Assembly (NCBI GenBank): GCA_033763315.1
Contig: JANRKS010000034.1
Location: 340 to 64,339 of the forward strand
Direction of reading: 5' to 3'
DNA length: 64,000 nucleotides
Origin: Deltaproteobacteria bacterium
GTDB taxonomy: Bacteria; Myxococcota_A; Polyangia; Fen-1088
Part shown: positions 27,501-35,542 of the stretch, in pieces
How the letters are laid out: each line of letters begins with the position of its first letter
How positions within the stretch are numbered: the first letter of the stretch is position 1
Notes under the pieces: model-generated
Told to the model about the DNA's origin: nothing
What the model saw: only the letters and a program-made list of their open reading frames with translations
Databases searched by the model: none
Position numbers and translations under genes: made by a program

Positions 27501-27720
27501 GGCGCTTGGTCGGGCGCCATCGGCGCTAGAGAGCCGTCAACTCTTGAAACTGCTTGACGAAGAACGAAGCCGATTCGGAGCGGCTCCGGAAGACGCCGAG
27601 GCATTGTTGGGAATTGGTCAACATCCTCGCGATCCGAAGCTTTCAGCATGTGAAGTAGCCGCTTGGACATCCGTGTCCCGCGTCATTCTCAATTTGTACG
27701 ACGCCATCACGAGAGTATGA
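24535..27720 (+). CDS. PSCyt1 (cytochrome c-like CxxCH) / DUF1549 (PSCyt2) / DUF1553 (PSD1) large secreted protein.
   Basis: Signal peptide [28 protein letters not shown] (the ORF is open from 24358). [27 protein letters not shown] (heme-binding-like CxxCH). [18 protein letters not shown]...[15 protein letters not shown] (DUF1549-like). A DUF1553-like C-terminal region. Confidence 0.85.
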   Translation: [1061 protein letters not shown]

Positions 27721-29162
27721 AGTTAAGCCACGCAATGAAGGAATTCGAGATTGACCGGCGCCGCCGAACCCTCCTCACAGGCGCTGGCTACGGTTTGGGT
27801 GCCGCCGCCTTGGGGCACCTTTGGCCAGGATCTGCGCACGCCGCTTCGAGGCCACGCGGGTGGTCCGGTGTGCTCACTGAGGCCGACTTTCCGGTTAGGG
27901 CCAAGCGGGTGATTCACCTCTGTATGGCGGGGGGACCCTCCCAGTTCGAGACCCTGGATTGGAAACCGATCCTGAGGAAGCTGCACGGCCAGCCCTTCCC
28001 AGCATCGCTAACGAAGGGTCAACAACTTGCGCAACTTCAAAACACGCCGCTTATCGCCCGTGGGTCGTTCGTCGACTTCAAGAGATACGGAAAGTCGGGG
28101 CAGGAGATTTCAACACTACTCCCACACATCGGGAGCGTCGCCGATGACATCTGTATCATTCGATCAATGTACGGCGAGCAGATCAACCACGATCCCGCAC
28201 ACGCTTTCATGAACACGGGCTCGATCTTGAAAAATCGACCGAGTATGGGCTCTTGGTTGCTGTATGGACTGGGTGCCGAAAGCCAGGACTTACCAGGCTT
28301 CGTGGTTATGGTTTCCGTCGGGCGAGATGGCGATCAGCCGATTTCCTCTCGCCAATGGTCTGCAGGTTTTTTGCCCAGTCGATTCCAAGGCATCCAGTTT
28401 CAATCGAAGGGCGACGCCGTGCATTTTGCGAAGCGCCCCGATGGAGTGAGCAAGGGCGCCCAAGAGCGCATCACGCAAACGGTGCGAGAGCTTGATGCGG
28501 CGACTTTTGCCGCGCGCTTGGATCCGGAAATTGAAACACGCATCAGCCAGTACGAGATGGCGTTTCGTATGCAAACCTCGGTACCCGAATTGACCGACCT
28601 GTCATCCGAGCCGAAGAGCGTCCTCGCGGCTTATGGCATCGAACGACCAGGTGACGGTAGTTTCGCATCCAATTGTTTGATGGCCAGGCGGCTTGCAGAG
28701 CGCGGCGTGCGGTTCATTCAACTTTACCACCGTGCGTGGGACCATCACGGCGACATTGAGAAGCACCTGCCCCGCGTGGCCCAAGGTGTGGATCAGCCCT
28801 GCGCGGCCCTCATCAAGGATCTGAAACAACGCGGAATGCTGGACGACACCCTGGTGATATGGGGAGGTGAATTTGGTCGCACCCCGATGGGTCAAGGATC
28901 AGGCCGGGATCACCACATCAATGCGTTTTCGATTTGGATGGCCGGAGGCGGCGTCAAGGGTGGCATGAGCTGGGGACACACAGACGAAATGGGATACAAC
29001 CACCTTAAGGACGGGCAGGAAGTCGCTGTACGAGATCTACACGCAACCATGCTGCGCCTGTGCGGTGTCGACCACAATCGCTTGACGTTTCCGTACCAGG
29101 GTCTCGATCAAAGACTGACCGGCGTTGAAGAAGCGCGAGTTGTAAAGGAGATCATTTCGTAG
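27717..29162 (+). CDS. DUF1501-family (sulfatase/alkaline-phosphatase-like) protein with TAT signal; partner of the preceding PSCyt/DUF1553 gene.
   Basis: MKLSHAMKEFEIDRRRRTLLTGAGYGLGAAALGH is a TAT signal. The start ATG at 27717 overlaps the upstream TGA (ATGA). C-terminal HRAWDHHGDIEKH and GGEFGRTP are typical of DUF1501. Confidence 0.85.
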   Translation: MKLSHAMKEFEIDRRRRTLLTGAGYGLGAAALGHLWPGSAHAASRPRGWSGVLTEADFPVRAKRVIHLCMAGGPSQFETLDWKPILRKLHGQPFPASLTKGQQLAQLQNTPLIARGSFVDFKRYGKSGQEISTLLPHIGSVADDICIIRSMYGEQINHDPAHAFMNTGSILKNRPSMGSWLLYGLGAESQDLPGFVVMVSVGRDGDQPISSRQWSAGFLPSRFQGIQFQSKGDAVHFAKRPDGVSKGAQERITQTVRELDAATFAARLDPEIETRISQYEMAFRMQTSVPELTDLSSEPKSVLAAYGIERPGDGSFASNCLMARRLAERGVRFIQLYHRAWDHHGDIEKHLPRVAQGVDQPCAALIKDLKQRGMLDDTLVIWGGEFGRTPMGQGSGRDHHINAFSIWMAGGGVKGGMSWGHTDEMGYNHLKDGQEVAVRDLHATMLRLCGVDHNRLTFPYQGLDQRLTGVEEARVVKEIIS

Positions 29163-29811
29163 ATGGACTGATCCTCAGAGCGCGAAAGAATCCAACGGTG
29201 CCAGGGCCGATCCAAAGAGCGATCGCTCCCGTCAGCTCCGGGAGCTTGAGGTCGTGAACGACCAGCGCAGGCTGAGTGCTGGAATGAACGAACAAGCGTG
29301 CTTCCTTGCCCTTCACCACGATTCGAATATGGGTCCACGCCCCCGGTTCCAAGTCGACATAGGACTCGTACTTCCCTGGCGCTTCCGCCCGCAGGCGGGA
29401 CCACGGGAATTCAGGATAGCTCGCGTATTGCGTAGCGTGATTGCGCCGCAATTGATCATCGGCACGGCCGTTGGTGGGGCGCAGATAGATTACCTCGTAC
29501 CGCGGCTCTTCCGTCTGGACCCGAAAAGCCAGGCCAATGAAGCCGCGGGCCTCGCCGTTGGCTTTCTCGTCGACTGTGCCCGCGACATCAAGTTCGATCG
29601 TGCCATCTGAAAACTTATGGTCTTTGATCACGGCGATGCCGTCGCCCTTTAGGCGCGTAGACGTCTTGCCTTTGTATTTAACGGCCGCCACTTCCACGCC
29701 CCGTGGGAGGAGAGCGGTGGGAGCGATCAAATTAGCTGCGGCTCCAGCGTGATGCGAAAGCAGGAGTGCGCCAGCAAAGACCAATCGAGCCAAAGCGTGC
29801 CGGGCGGTCAT
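29152..29811 (-). CDS. Secreted DUF1080-like (3-keto-disaccharide hydrolase / ConA-like) protein.
   Basis: Signal peptide MTARHALARLVFAGALLLSHHAGAAA (start 29811; the ORF is open to 29892). FSDGTIELDV...GFIGLAFRV...YEVIYLRP...WTHIRIVVKGKEARLFV resembles the DUF1080 jelly-roll pattern. Family-level call only. Confidence 0.5.
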   Translation of the reverse strand: MTARHALARLVFAGALLLSHHAGAAANLIAPTALLPRGVEVAAVKYKGKTSTRLKGDGIAVIKDHKFSDGTIELDVAGTVDEKANGEARGFIGLAFRVQTEEPRYEVIYLRPTNGRADDQLRRNHATQYASYPEFPWSRLRAEAPGKYESYVDLEPGAWTHIRIVVKGKEARLFVHSSTQPALVVHDLKLPELTGAIALWIGPGTVGFFRALRISPSTK

Positions 29812-30004
29812 CAGCGAAAAAGAGCCAATGAAGGAAAGGTCCGGCACACAGTTTCGTGCAATGGGCCGCATGACATCGTTGAGAAGAAACACAGGGTAAC
29901 AATAGTCCCAGCGGACTCAGGCTTGCCACCCCCGAACCCGCCACTTGTCCTCGGGAGGGAGAAAATCCTCCTTTCGTCAATGAACCTCGCAAGCACCTAA
30001 CGGC

Positions 30005-31045
30005 ATGGTGTGGCGAATGCGCTTTGATGTTTCCGAGGTCGCTTCTAGGTGCCATCCAAGGCGCAGAAAAGAATCCTCCCGTTGCTCGTGGCTCGTAGTG
30101 TTGGGCCTGGGGGCCATCGTTGCCGCTTGCGTTCCCGGCGCGCGCCCGTCGGGATTCTTTGTTGCCGATGATGACGAGCCAGCGCCGCCGGACGAGGGAA
30201 CTCAAAGCGGCGAGGGTGGCGCCCTTGGGACCGGTGGCATGCCTGTGACTAGCGTCCCTGACGCCGCGATCGGGGACGTGGCCAGCAGTGCAGGAGGGGG
30301 CGCGGGCATGGCCCCGAAGGGTGGTGTCGCAGGCGTGATGGGCGGAGGTGGACTGGGCGGCGTTCTGGACGCCGGCGGTATGGCAGGGACACCAATACCC
30401 CCCGACCCAAAGCCGGTCCTATCAGGAGAAAACTTGAATTGCTCGGTTGTGGCAACCGTGGCCGATGCAGACCTGGCCAAGTTCGAGAATGATCTTAAGA
30501 CCAGCGTCACTGCCACCCGTCCCACTGCGATGGAAATCTTCGTGGTGACAGACGGAAGTAAAACCGGCAGCCACTTGGTCACCCACACCAGGACTGACCT
30601 GGCTTGTGCCAGCGCTGGCTCGCTGAACCTCACGGCGCGTGGGTACACGAGTTGGGGGGTGTCTCTCGTGATGCCCTTCCTTGCCAGGAATTCCTTCTAT
30701 GACGCATCGGCGTTCCTTGGCATCCAATTTCTTGCGAGAGGCACGCGCTACCTTGATGGCCGCGTGAATGTCTCTGACCGCAACTCCTCGCCCGTGGGAG
30801 GCCACTGCAAGAGCAGCTTGGGAGAGTGCTACAACCATTGGGGCCGCGGTTGGAAGATCACCACGGAATGGCGCCTCTATCGCCTCATGTTCGACGAGCT
30901 CGACCAGATCGGAGGCAACCGCTTCGGGCCCTTTGACGTCCATCACGTTCTGGGACTGGAATTTGCCGTTGTGGGACAGGACTCTTACGACCTCCAAATC
31001 GACGAAATTGCGTTCATTCCAAAGACAGAGGTGAGTCCTCTTTAA
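30005..31045 (+). CDS. Secreted protein with Gly-rich linker and a C-terminal CBM11/CIA30-like beta-sandwich domain.
   Basis: Hydrophobic N-terminus with a VAAC lipobox-like motif, a Pro/Gly-rich linker, and a C-terminal domain ending ...GQDSYDLQIDEIAFIPK. No catalytic residues are recognised. The start codon is uncertain. Confidence 0.5.
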   Translation: MVWRMRFDVSEVASRCHPRRRKESSRCSWLVVLGLGAIVAACVPGARPSGFFVADDDEPAPPDEGTQSGEGGALGTGGMPVTSVPDAAIGDVASSAGGGAGMAPKGGVAGVMGGGGLGGVLDAGGMAGTPIPPDPKPVLSGENLNCSVVATVADADLAKFENDLKTSVTATRPTAMEIFVVTDGSKTGSHLVTHTRTDLACASAGSLNLTARGYTSWGVSLVMPFLARNSFYDASAFLGIQFLARGTRYLDGRVNVSDRNSSPVGGHCKSSLGECYNHWGRGWKITTEWRLYRLMFDELDQIGGNRFGPFDVHHVLGLEFAVVGQDSYDLQIDEIAFIPKTEVSPL

Positions 31046-31173
31046 CCAGGATACCTTGGTGGTGCGCGAATGGGCGCGGGCAGCCTCGCAGGGTCGCGGC
31101 CGGCGCAGGCGTGTTCGACGTCACCGCTTCACACGTGTACGACAAACGCGTGTTCCGACGATATCTCCATCGC

Positions 31174-31201
31174 TTACCTTTGTTGACGAAGGTAGGTTTT
31201 T
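31174..31201 (+). terminator. Weak hairpin plus T-run downstream of the 30005..31045 gene.
   Basis: ttacctt-tgttgacg-aaggtagg followed by ttttt. The stem is only 7 bp with one mismatch. Confidence 0.3.
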
Positions 31202-31271
31202 GAGCCACGTGGCGACGCAACTCCTGCTTTGGTGTTTGGCACGGCCAAGCCACCTTGCGATAGTTGTTTTC

Positions 31272-32684
31272 ATGAAAATGTCCTTCCTTGCAGTTCTAGG
31301 GCGCCCCGAATCCACACTTAAATCGAGTGCGCCGACTCGACCCAACGGCTTCCTTTCGACACAAGTGTGCGCCCTGTTTCTCGGCGCCTTCATTGCCTGC
31401 ACTGGGGGATCGTCGGACGGCGCTGGTGGGCAAGGGGGACTGGCGGGTGAGGGAGACAGCGGCGGTTCGGGCGGCGCATCGGGAGGCAGGGGTGGCGGTT
31501 CGGGCGGACTAGGCGCGCGGGGTGGCGCGGCGGGTGGTTCGGGCGGCGCATCGGGTGGTTCGGGCGGCGCATCGGGCGGTTCGGGCGGCGCATCGGGTGG
31601 TTCGGGCGGCGCATCGGGTGGTTCGGGCGGCGGTGGTGCCGGTGGCACGTTCGTTTCCTACCCTGCAGATGATCCTGCCCTACGGTACGTGGGGAGGATC
31701 GCCCTTTTCAACCCGAAGGAGCCCTGGATCATCTATTCAGGAAGCTACGTTCAAACGAAGTTCGAAGGAACTTCGCTTTCGGTGACGGTGGTTGAACAGG
31801 AGTCAAATCCAGATCGGCAGAGCTGGGCTGGGTTCATCATCGACGGCAAGCTGGAGAAGGTGATCAACTTCAAGAAGACGGGTCAATCGGACACGATTGA
31901 AGTAGCCAAGGGCCTTACTGACAAGGAGCACACGCTCGTCGTGGTTAAGCGGACCGAGTTTGGAGTTTTCCGATTTCTGGGTGTGACTTTGGATGCCGGA
32001 AAGCGTTTGTTGAGTCCTGGGGCCCGCTCTGCTCGCCGGATTGAATGCTTTGGAGACTCCGTTACAGCGGGTACCCACGTCGAAGGCTCTGTGGGAGTGA
32101 CCGATCCCAAGACCCCAGATAAGCACAACGGCTACTACTCGTGGTGTTCGATTCTCGGTCGAAGCATGGGGGCGGAAGCCAACGTCCTCGGGATTCCAGG
32201 AGAAGCGCTCTACAAGGGATGGGGGGCCGGCGCTCAGCTGTTTCCCGCGAGGTGGCAAAAGCTGATTCCCTACGATTGGGCTCCCGATTCGATGTGGAAT
32301 TTCGCGTCGTTTGAACCACAGGTCGTAGTCGTGGCGATGGGGCAAAACGATTACTACACGACTCAGAACTTCACAGGTAACGGCGACAAAGAAAACTTCA
32401 AAGCTGCATTCTCGAAACTACTCCCCCAGATGCGGATGAAGTACCCCAACGCCCACATTATCTTGATGCCAACGTGTATGGGGCGTGACACTGCGATGCT
32501 TGATGACCTAACGAAAGCGGCTATCGCTGATTACAAGATCGCTAACGCCAGTGATGCGAAGGTGCACTTCTTTGCTCCAAGCAATTCTGGAACGGTTTTT
32601 CCTGATCATCCACGGGTTGTTCATCAGGAAAAAATGGCAGCTGATCTGGAAGCTTTCATCAAAACCCTGAGCCTGGCTTGGTAG
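31272..32684 (+). CDS. Secreted CE2-like acetyl esterase: N-terminal beta-sandwich plus C-terminal SGNH/GDSL hydrolase, with a (GGSGGAS)n linker.
   Basis: Hydrophobic FLGAFIACTGG (lipobox-like). Linker GGSGGASGGSGGASGGSGGAS. Beta-sandwich YVGRIALFNP...FIIDGKLEKV. SGNH block I RIECFGDSVTAG and later VVVAMGQNDY (GxND). The ORF is open from 31056; the true start may be 31272 or a nearby GTG. Confidence 0.75.
   Translation: MKMSFLAVLGRPESTLKSSAPTRPNGFLSTQVCALFLGAFIACTGGSSDGAGGQGGLAGEGDSGGSGGASGGRGGGSGGLGARGGAAGGSGGASGGSGGASGGSGGASGGSGGASGGSGGGGAGGTFVSYPADDPALRYVGRIALFNPKEPWIIYSGSYVQTKFEGTSLSVTVVEQESNPDRQSWAGFIIDGKLEKVINFKKTGQSDTIEVAKGLTDKEHTLVVVKRTEFGVFRFLGVTLDAGKRLLSPGARSARRIECFGDSVTAGTHVEGSVGVTDPKTPDKHNGYYSWCSILGRSMGAEANVLGIPGEALYKGWGAGAQLFPARWQKLIPYDWAPDSMWNFASFEPQVVVVAMGQNDYYTTQNFTGNGDKENFKAAFSKLLPQMRMKYPNAHIILMPTCMGRDTAMLDDLTKAAIADYKIANASDAKVHFFAPSNSGTVFPDHPRVVHQEKMAADLEAFIKTLSLAW
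31524..31631 (+). repeat. 21-bp in-frame tandem repeat, about 5 copies (ggcgcatcgggtggttcgggc), encoding a GGSGGAS linker.
   Basis: Seen directly: four near-perfect units at 31545..31628 plus a variant unit at 31524..31544. Confidence 0.7.
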
Positions 32685-32753
32685 GCAGACTGGGTTATTT
32701 GCACCTGCATCGACGACCTTGTCGTGAAGACGTAGCGGAATCCGCGCTCCACA

Positions 32754-32798
32754 AGAGCCAAGCGGAGTCTTCTCGGACTCCGCTTGGCTCTTTTCCAT
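32754..32798 (+). terminator. Strong rho-independent terminator after the CE2-like esterase gene.
   Basis: Perfect 16-bp GC-rich stem agagccaagcggagtc / gactccgcttggctct, loop ttctcg, then ttttcc. It lies 70 nt past the stop at 32684, between convergent genes. Confidence 0.7.
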
Positions 32799-32856
32799 TC
32801 GCGGGATACGCGTCAAAGCTTTCCGAGCTTGAACACTTCGGGCTTCTCCCAAAGGC

Positions 32857-33606
32857 TCAAGGCGCTTCGGGAAGTATTCCGCAGAGCCCAGCTTTCGGCT
32901 CCGCAGCGGCCGCGCACTTGCCTTCGACATCAGAGGTCGTCGCCTTCTTGCAATTCTCTGACTTGCACTGTCCTGAGTCCTTGCAAGTGGCATCGATCTC
33001 GAGTTTTGCTGCACATTGCATCTTGGTTGCACCAGCTGGCGTTCCACAGAAGCCTTCTTTGCAGTCAGCACCGATGGTGCATTCACTTCCGTTTGCGACC
33101 GTGCCTGTTATGTAGATACACGACGCGCGAACCGAATCGATATCAGCGGCCTTTGCGTCACACGCCGCCGCCTTCAGATCCTCAATACACTTGGCGAGTT
33201 TCTTTCCGTCGTAGTTGACTCTGCCCGCAGTGACGGACGCCTTAAGCCCGCTCAATCCAGCTGTGTACCTCGCCGAGACTTTGGCCGCGCACTTGTCGAC
33301 GTTTATCGAACAACACTTCATCATCTGCTCGCATTGCGCGGTTGCGAGCGCCAAGGGGTAGTTGGCAATCGCAATCTCTGAACCGCTGCTGCCCCCGCCT
33401 GAAGCCCCCCCCGTTCCGCCGTTTGAGCTGGAGCCGCCTGAAGCCATGCCGGCACCGCCGCCTTTCCCCCCACTGGCGCTGCCACCACTGCCACCACCGC
33501 CATCGCCTCCCGCTTCATCACTGCCGCTGCTCGAATCCTTGGAGCACGCCGTCGCGGCTGTCATCCACGCGCACATGAAAATCACGGACATCCAGTTGAA
33601 TTTCAT
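32857..33606 (-). CDS. Cys-rich lipoprotein with Gly/Ser linker (function unknown).
   Basis: MKFNWMSVIFMCAWMTAATACS lipobox (the ORF is open to 33624). A GGSGG-rich linker, then about 20 Cys in CxxxxC / CKxGxC patterns. Confidence 0.5.
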   Translation of the reverse strand: MKFNWMSVIFMCAWMTAATACSKDSSSGSDEAGGDGGGGSGGSASGGKGGGAGMASGGSSSNGGTGGASGGGSSGSEIAIANYPLALATAQCEQMMKCCSINVDKCAAKVSARYTAGLSGLKASVTAGRVNYDGKKLAKCIEDLKAAACDAKAADIDSVRASCIYITGTVANGSECTIGADCKEGFCGTPAGATKMQCAAKLEIDATCKDSGQCKSENCKKATTSDVEGKCAAAAEPKAGLCGILPEAP

Positions 33607-33751
33607 CACTTGCCTTCCTTCCACTTAACGACGTTCGCGGAGCACCGCGACATTGTCCTGAGACGGCACATTACTCCCGGTCGGTCACGCCAATCAAGTT
33701 GCCGAATGGCTGAGTGCCCGGCCGTCCGTAAGGGCTCATTAATCTACCCCT

Positions 33752-35542
33752 TCACGTTTGCAGTGTGGGTTGTGCCAACTCGCTAAAAACGCCATGGCTT
33801 GCCGCCAATGTGGCGAAGGTGCCCCGTTCAACAATCTGCCCGCGCGCGACCACCAACACTTGGTCTGCGTGGCGAACGGTGGACAGGCGGTGGGCCACGA
33901 CGAAGCTTGTGCGGCCCCGCAACAAATTGCGCAGCGCCGCTTGAATGCGCGCCTCCGTGATTGTGTCGATGGCGCTTGTGGCTTCGTCCAGAAGCAATAT
34001 GCGCGGATCCGCCAACATGGCGCGAGCGAAACACACGATCTGGCGTTGTCCCAGGGAGAGGCTTGCGCCCCGTTCGCCCACGGGCGTGGCAAAACCTTGC
34101 GGCAGGGCTTCGATCAGATCCTTTACGCCCAGGGCCTCTGCGGCGGCGATCACCTCTTCGTCGGATGCGGAAGGTTTGCCGTAACGAATGTTTTCAAGCA
34201 CCGTGCCGGTCCATAAAAAGTTGGCTTGCTGCACGAGCCCCATTTGCCGCCGCAGCGATTCTCGTGTGACACCGGCGAGATCTTGATCATCCACAAACAC
34301 GTGGCCGCTCGTCGGCAAATACAGCTTCGCTATCAAGGCGAGGATTGTGCTTTTGCCGCCGCCCGTTTGGCCCACGATCGCCACCGTTTGCCCTGGCTCC
34401 GCCACAAACGAAACGTCCGACAATACCGGCACATGGCTTTCGTAGCCGAAGCTTACGTGGCGCAACTCAACCCTTCCCGCGGCCACCTGCAACAGCTTTG
34501 CGTCAGCTGCATCATCCCACTCGCGTGGCGTGTCCAGCAGACGGAACACACGTTCGGCGCCCGCCATCGCAGCGAGGGCCTGATTGTATTGGGTGGCCAA
34601 GACCGGTATCGGATTGAAGAAGATTCCCGCCAAGAAGAAAAAGTGAACCAAAGGCCCCAAGTCGGTGTGCCCCGTCAAAGCGCGGTAACCGCCCACCACG
34701 ACCAGCAAGGCCAAGAACATTTGCCCGTTCAGTTCCGCCAGTGGCCCGAACACCGCGTTTTGTTCCGCGACCTGCAGATTGAAGCGGGCGTGATCATGAA
34801 TGAGCTCGCGAAACGCGTCTTGTGCGGCCTTTTCACGGCCAAAGCCTTGAATGGCACGCACGCCGCTGACCGTCTCGGCCAAGGTGGCCGTCACGCGTGA
34901 GAAGCTTTCGTGCATGGCTGTGTGTGCTTCGAATAAGCGCCCATGAAAGTATCGAATGAGTAACCACAACACAGGCACCAACACGAAGACCACGCCGAAG
35001 AGCACGGGATCTTGCCACAGCATCAATGCGGCGGCGGTGAGCATCGATCCAAGTTGCACCACACCCACGAACACCGCGTCCTGGATGCCAAGCCGGATCG
35101 TCTCTACATCCGAAGTGGCGCGAGACAGCAACCGCCCCAGCGGCATGCGCGAGAAAAAGCTCATCGGCATCGACAAGATGTGGTGATGCACTTGCCGCCG
35201 CAGATCCTGAACAATGTCTTCACCCAGCTCAAGGGCGTGGCGCAGGCGCGCGGAAAAAACGATCTCGGTGAACAACAGCAATCCCGCAAAGCCCGCGACG
35301 CCCCATGCTGTGCCTTTGGCGTCGTGGCGTGCGATGGGGCCAGACAAGATCTTTCCCACAGACCACGCCAAAAGCGGCAGCTGCAGCGCACGCAGGAGCG
35401 TCAACACAAACAAGACATTGCGGCGACGCGCGTACGGTCGCGTGAGCCCCCACACCCGCCCGAGCAGCGCCGCATTCATCGGCAGCCGCGGCGCTTCACG
35501 GGTTTCCCGCGGCCGAACGATGCGGAACGGTCGTCGTGTCAT
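33752..35542 (-). CDS. ABC exporter, fused permease + ATPase (type I exporter half-transporter); second gene of a heterodimer pair.
   Basis: N-terminal 6-TM region, Walker A GQTGGGKST, signature LSLGQRQ, Walker B ILLLDEATSAID. Its start overlaps the upstream gene's stop by 4 nt. Confidence 0.85.
   Translation of the reverse strand: MTRRPFRIVRPRETREAPRLPMNAALLGRVWGLTRPYARRRNVLFVLTLLRALQLPLLAWSVGKILSGPIARHDAKGTAWGVAGFAGLLLFTEIVFSARLRHALELGEDIVQDLRRQVHHHILSMPMSFFSRMPLGRLLSRATSDVETIRLGIQDAVFVGVVQLGSMLTAAALMLWQDPVLFGVVFVLVPVLWLLIRYFHGRLFEAHTAMHESFSRVTATLAETVSGVRAIQGFGREKAAQDAFRELIHDHARFNLQVAEQNAVFGPLAELNGQMFLALLVVVGGYRALTGHTDLGPLVHFFFLAGIFFNPIPVLATQYNQALAAMAGAERVFRLLDTPREWDDAADAKLLQVAAGRVELRHVSFGYESHVPVLSDVSFVAEPGQTVAIVGQTGGGKSTILALIAKLYLPTSGHVFVDDQDLAGVTRESLRRQMGLVQQANFLWTGTVLENIRYGKPSASDEEVIAAAEALGVKDLIEALPQGFATPVGERGASLSLGQRQIVCFARAMLADPRILLLDEATSAIDTITEARIQAALRNLLRGRTSFVVAHRLSTVRHADQVLVVARGQIVERGTFATLAASHGVFSELAQPTLQT

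Noticed and set aside
31238-31262. Sigma-54-like element TGGCAC...TTGC upstream of the esterase gene.
   Set aside because: The spacing between the GG and GC elements is 12 nt rather than the required 5, so it does not fit the -24/-12 consensus.
31121-31648. 175-aa ORF on the minus strand encoding (PPEPPDA)n, and a nearby ORF at 31390..31614 with a repetitive RRPNHPM sequence.
   Set aside because: These are the reverse-complement reading of the 21-bp Gly/Ser linker repeat of the CE2-like esterase gene, not genes.
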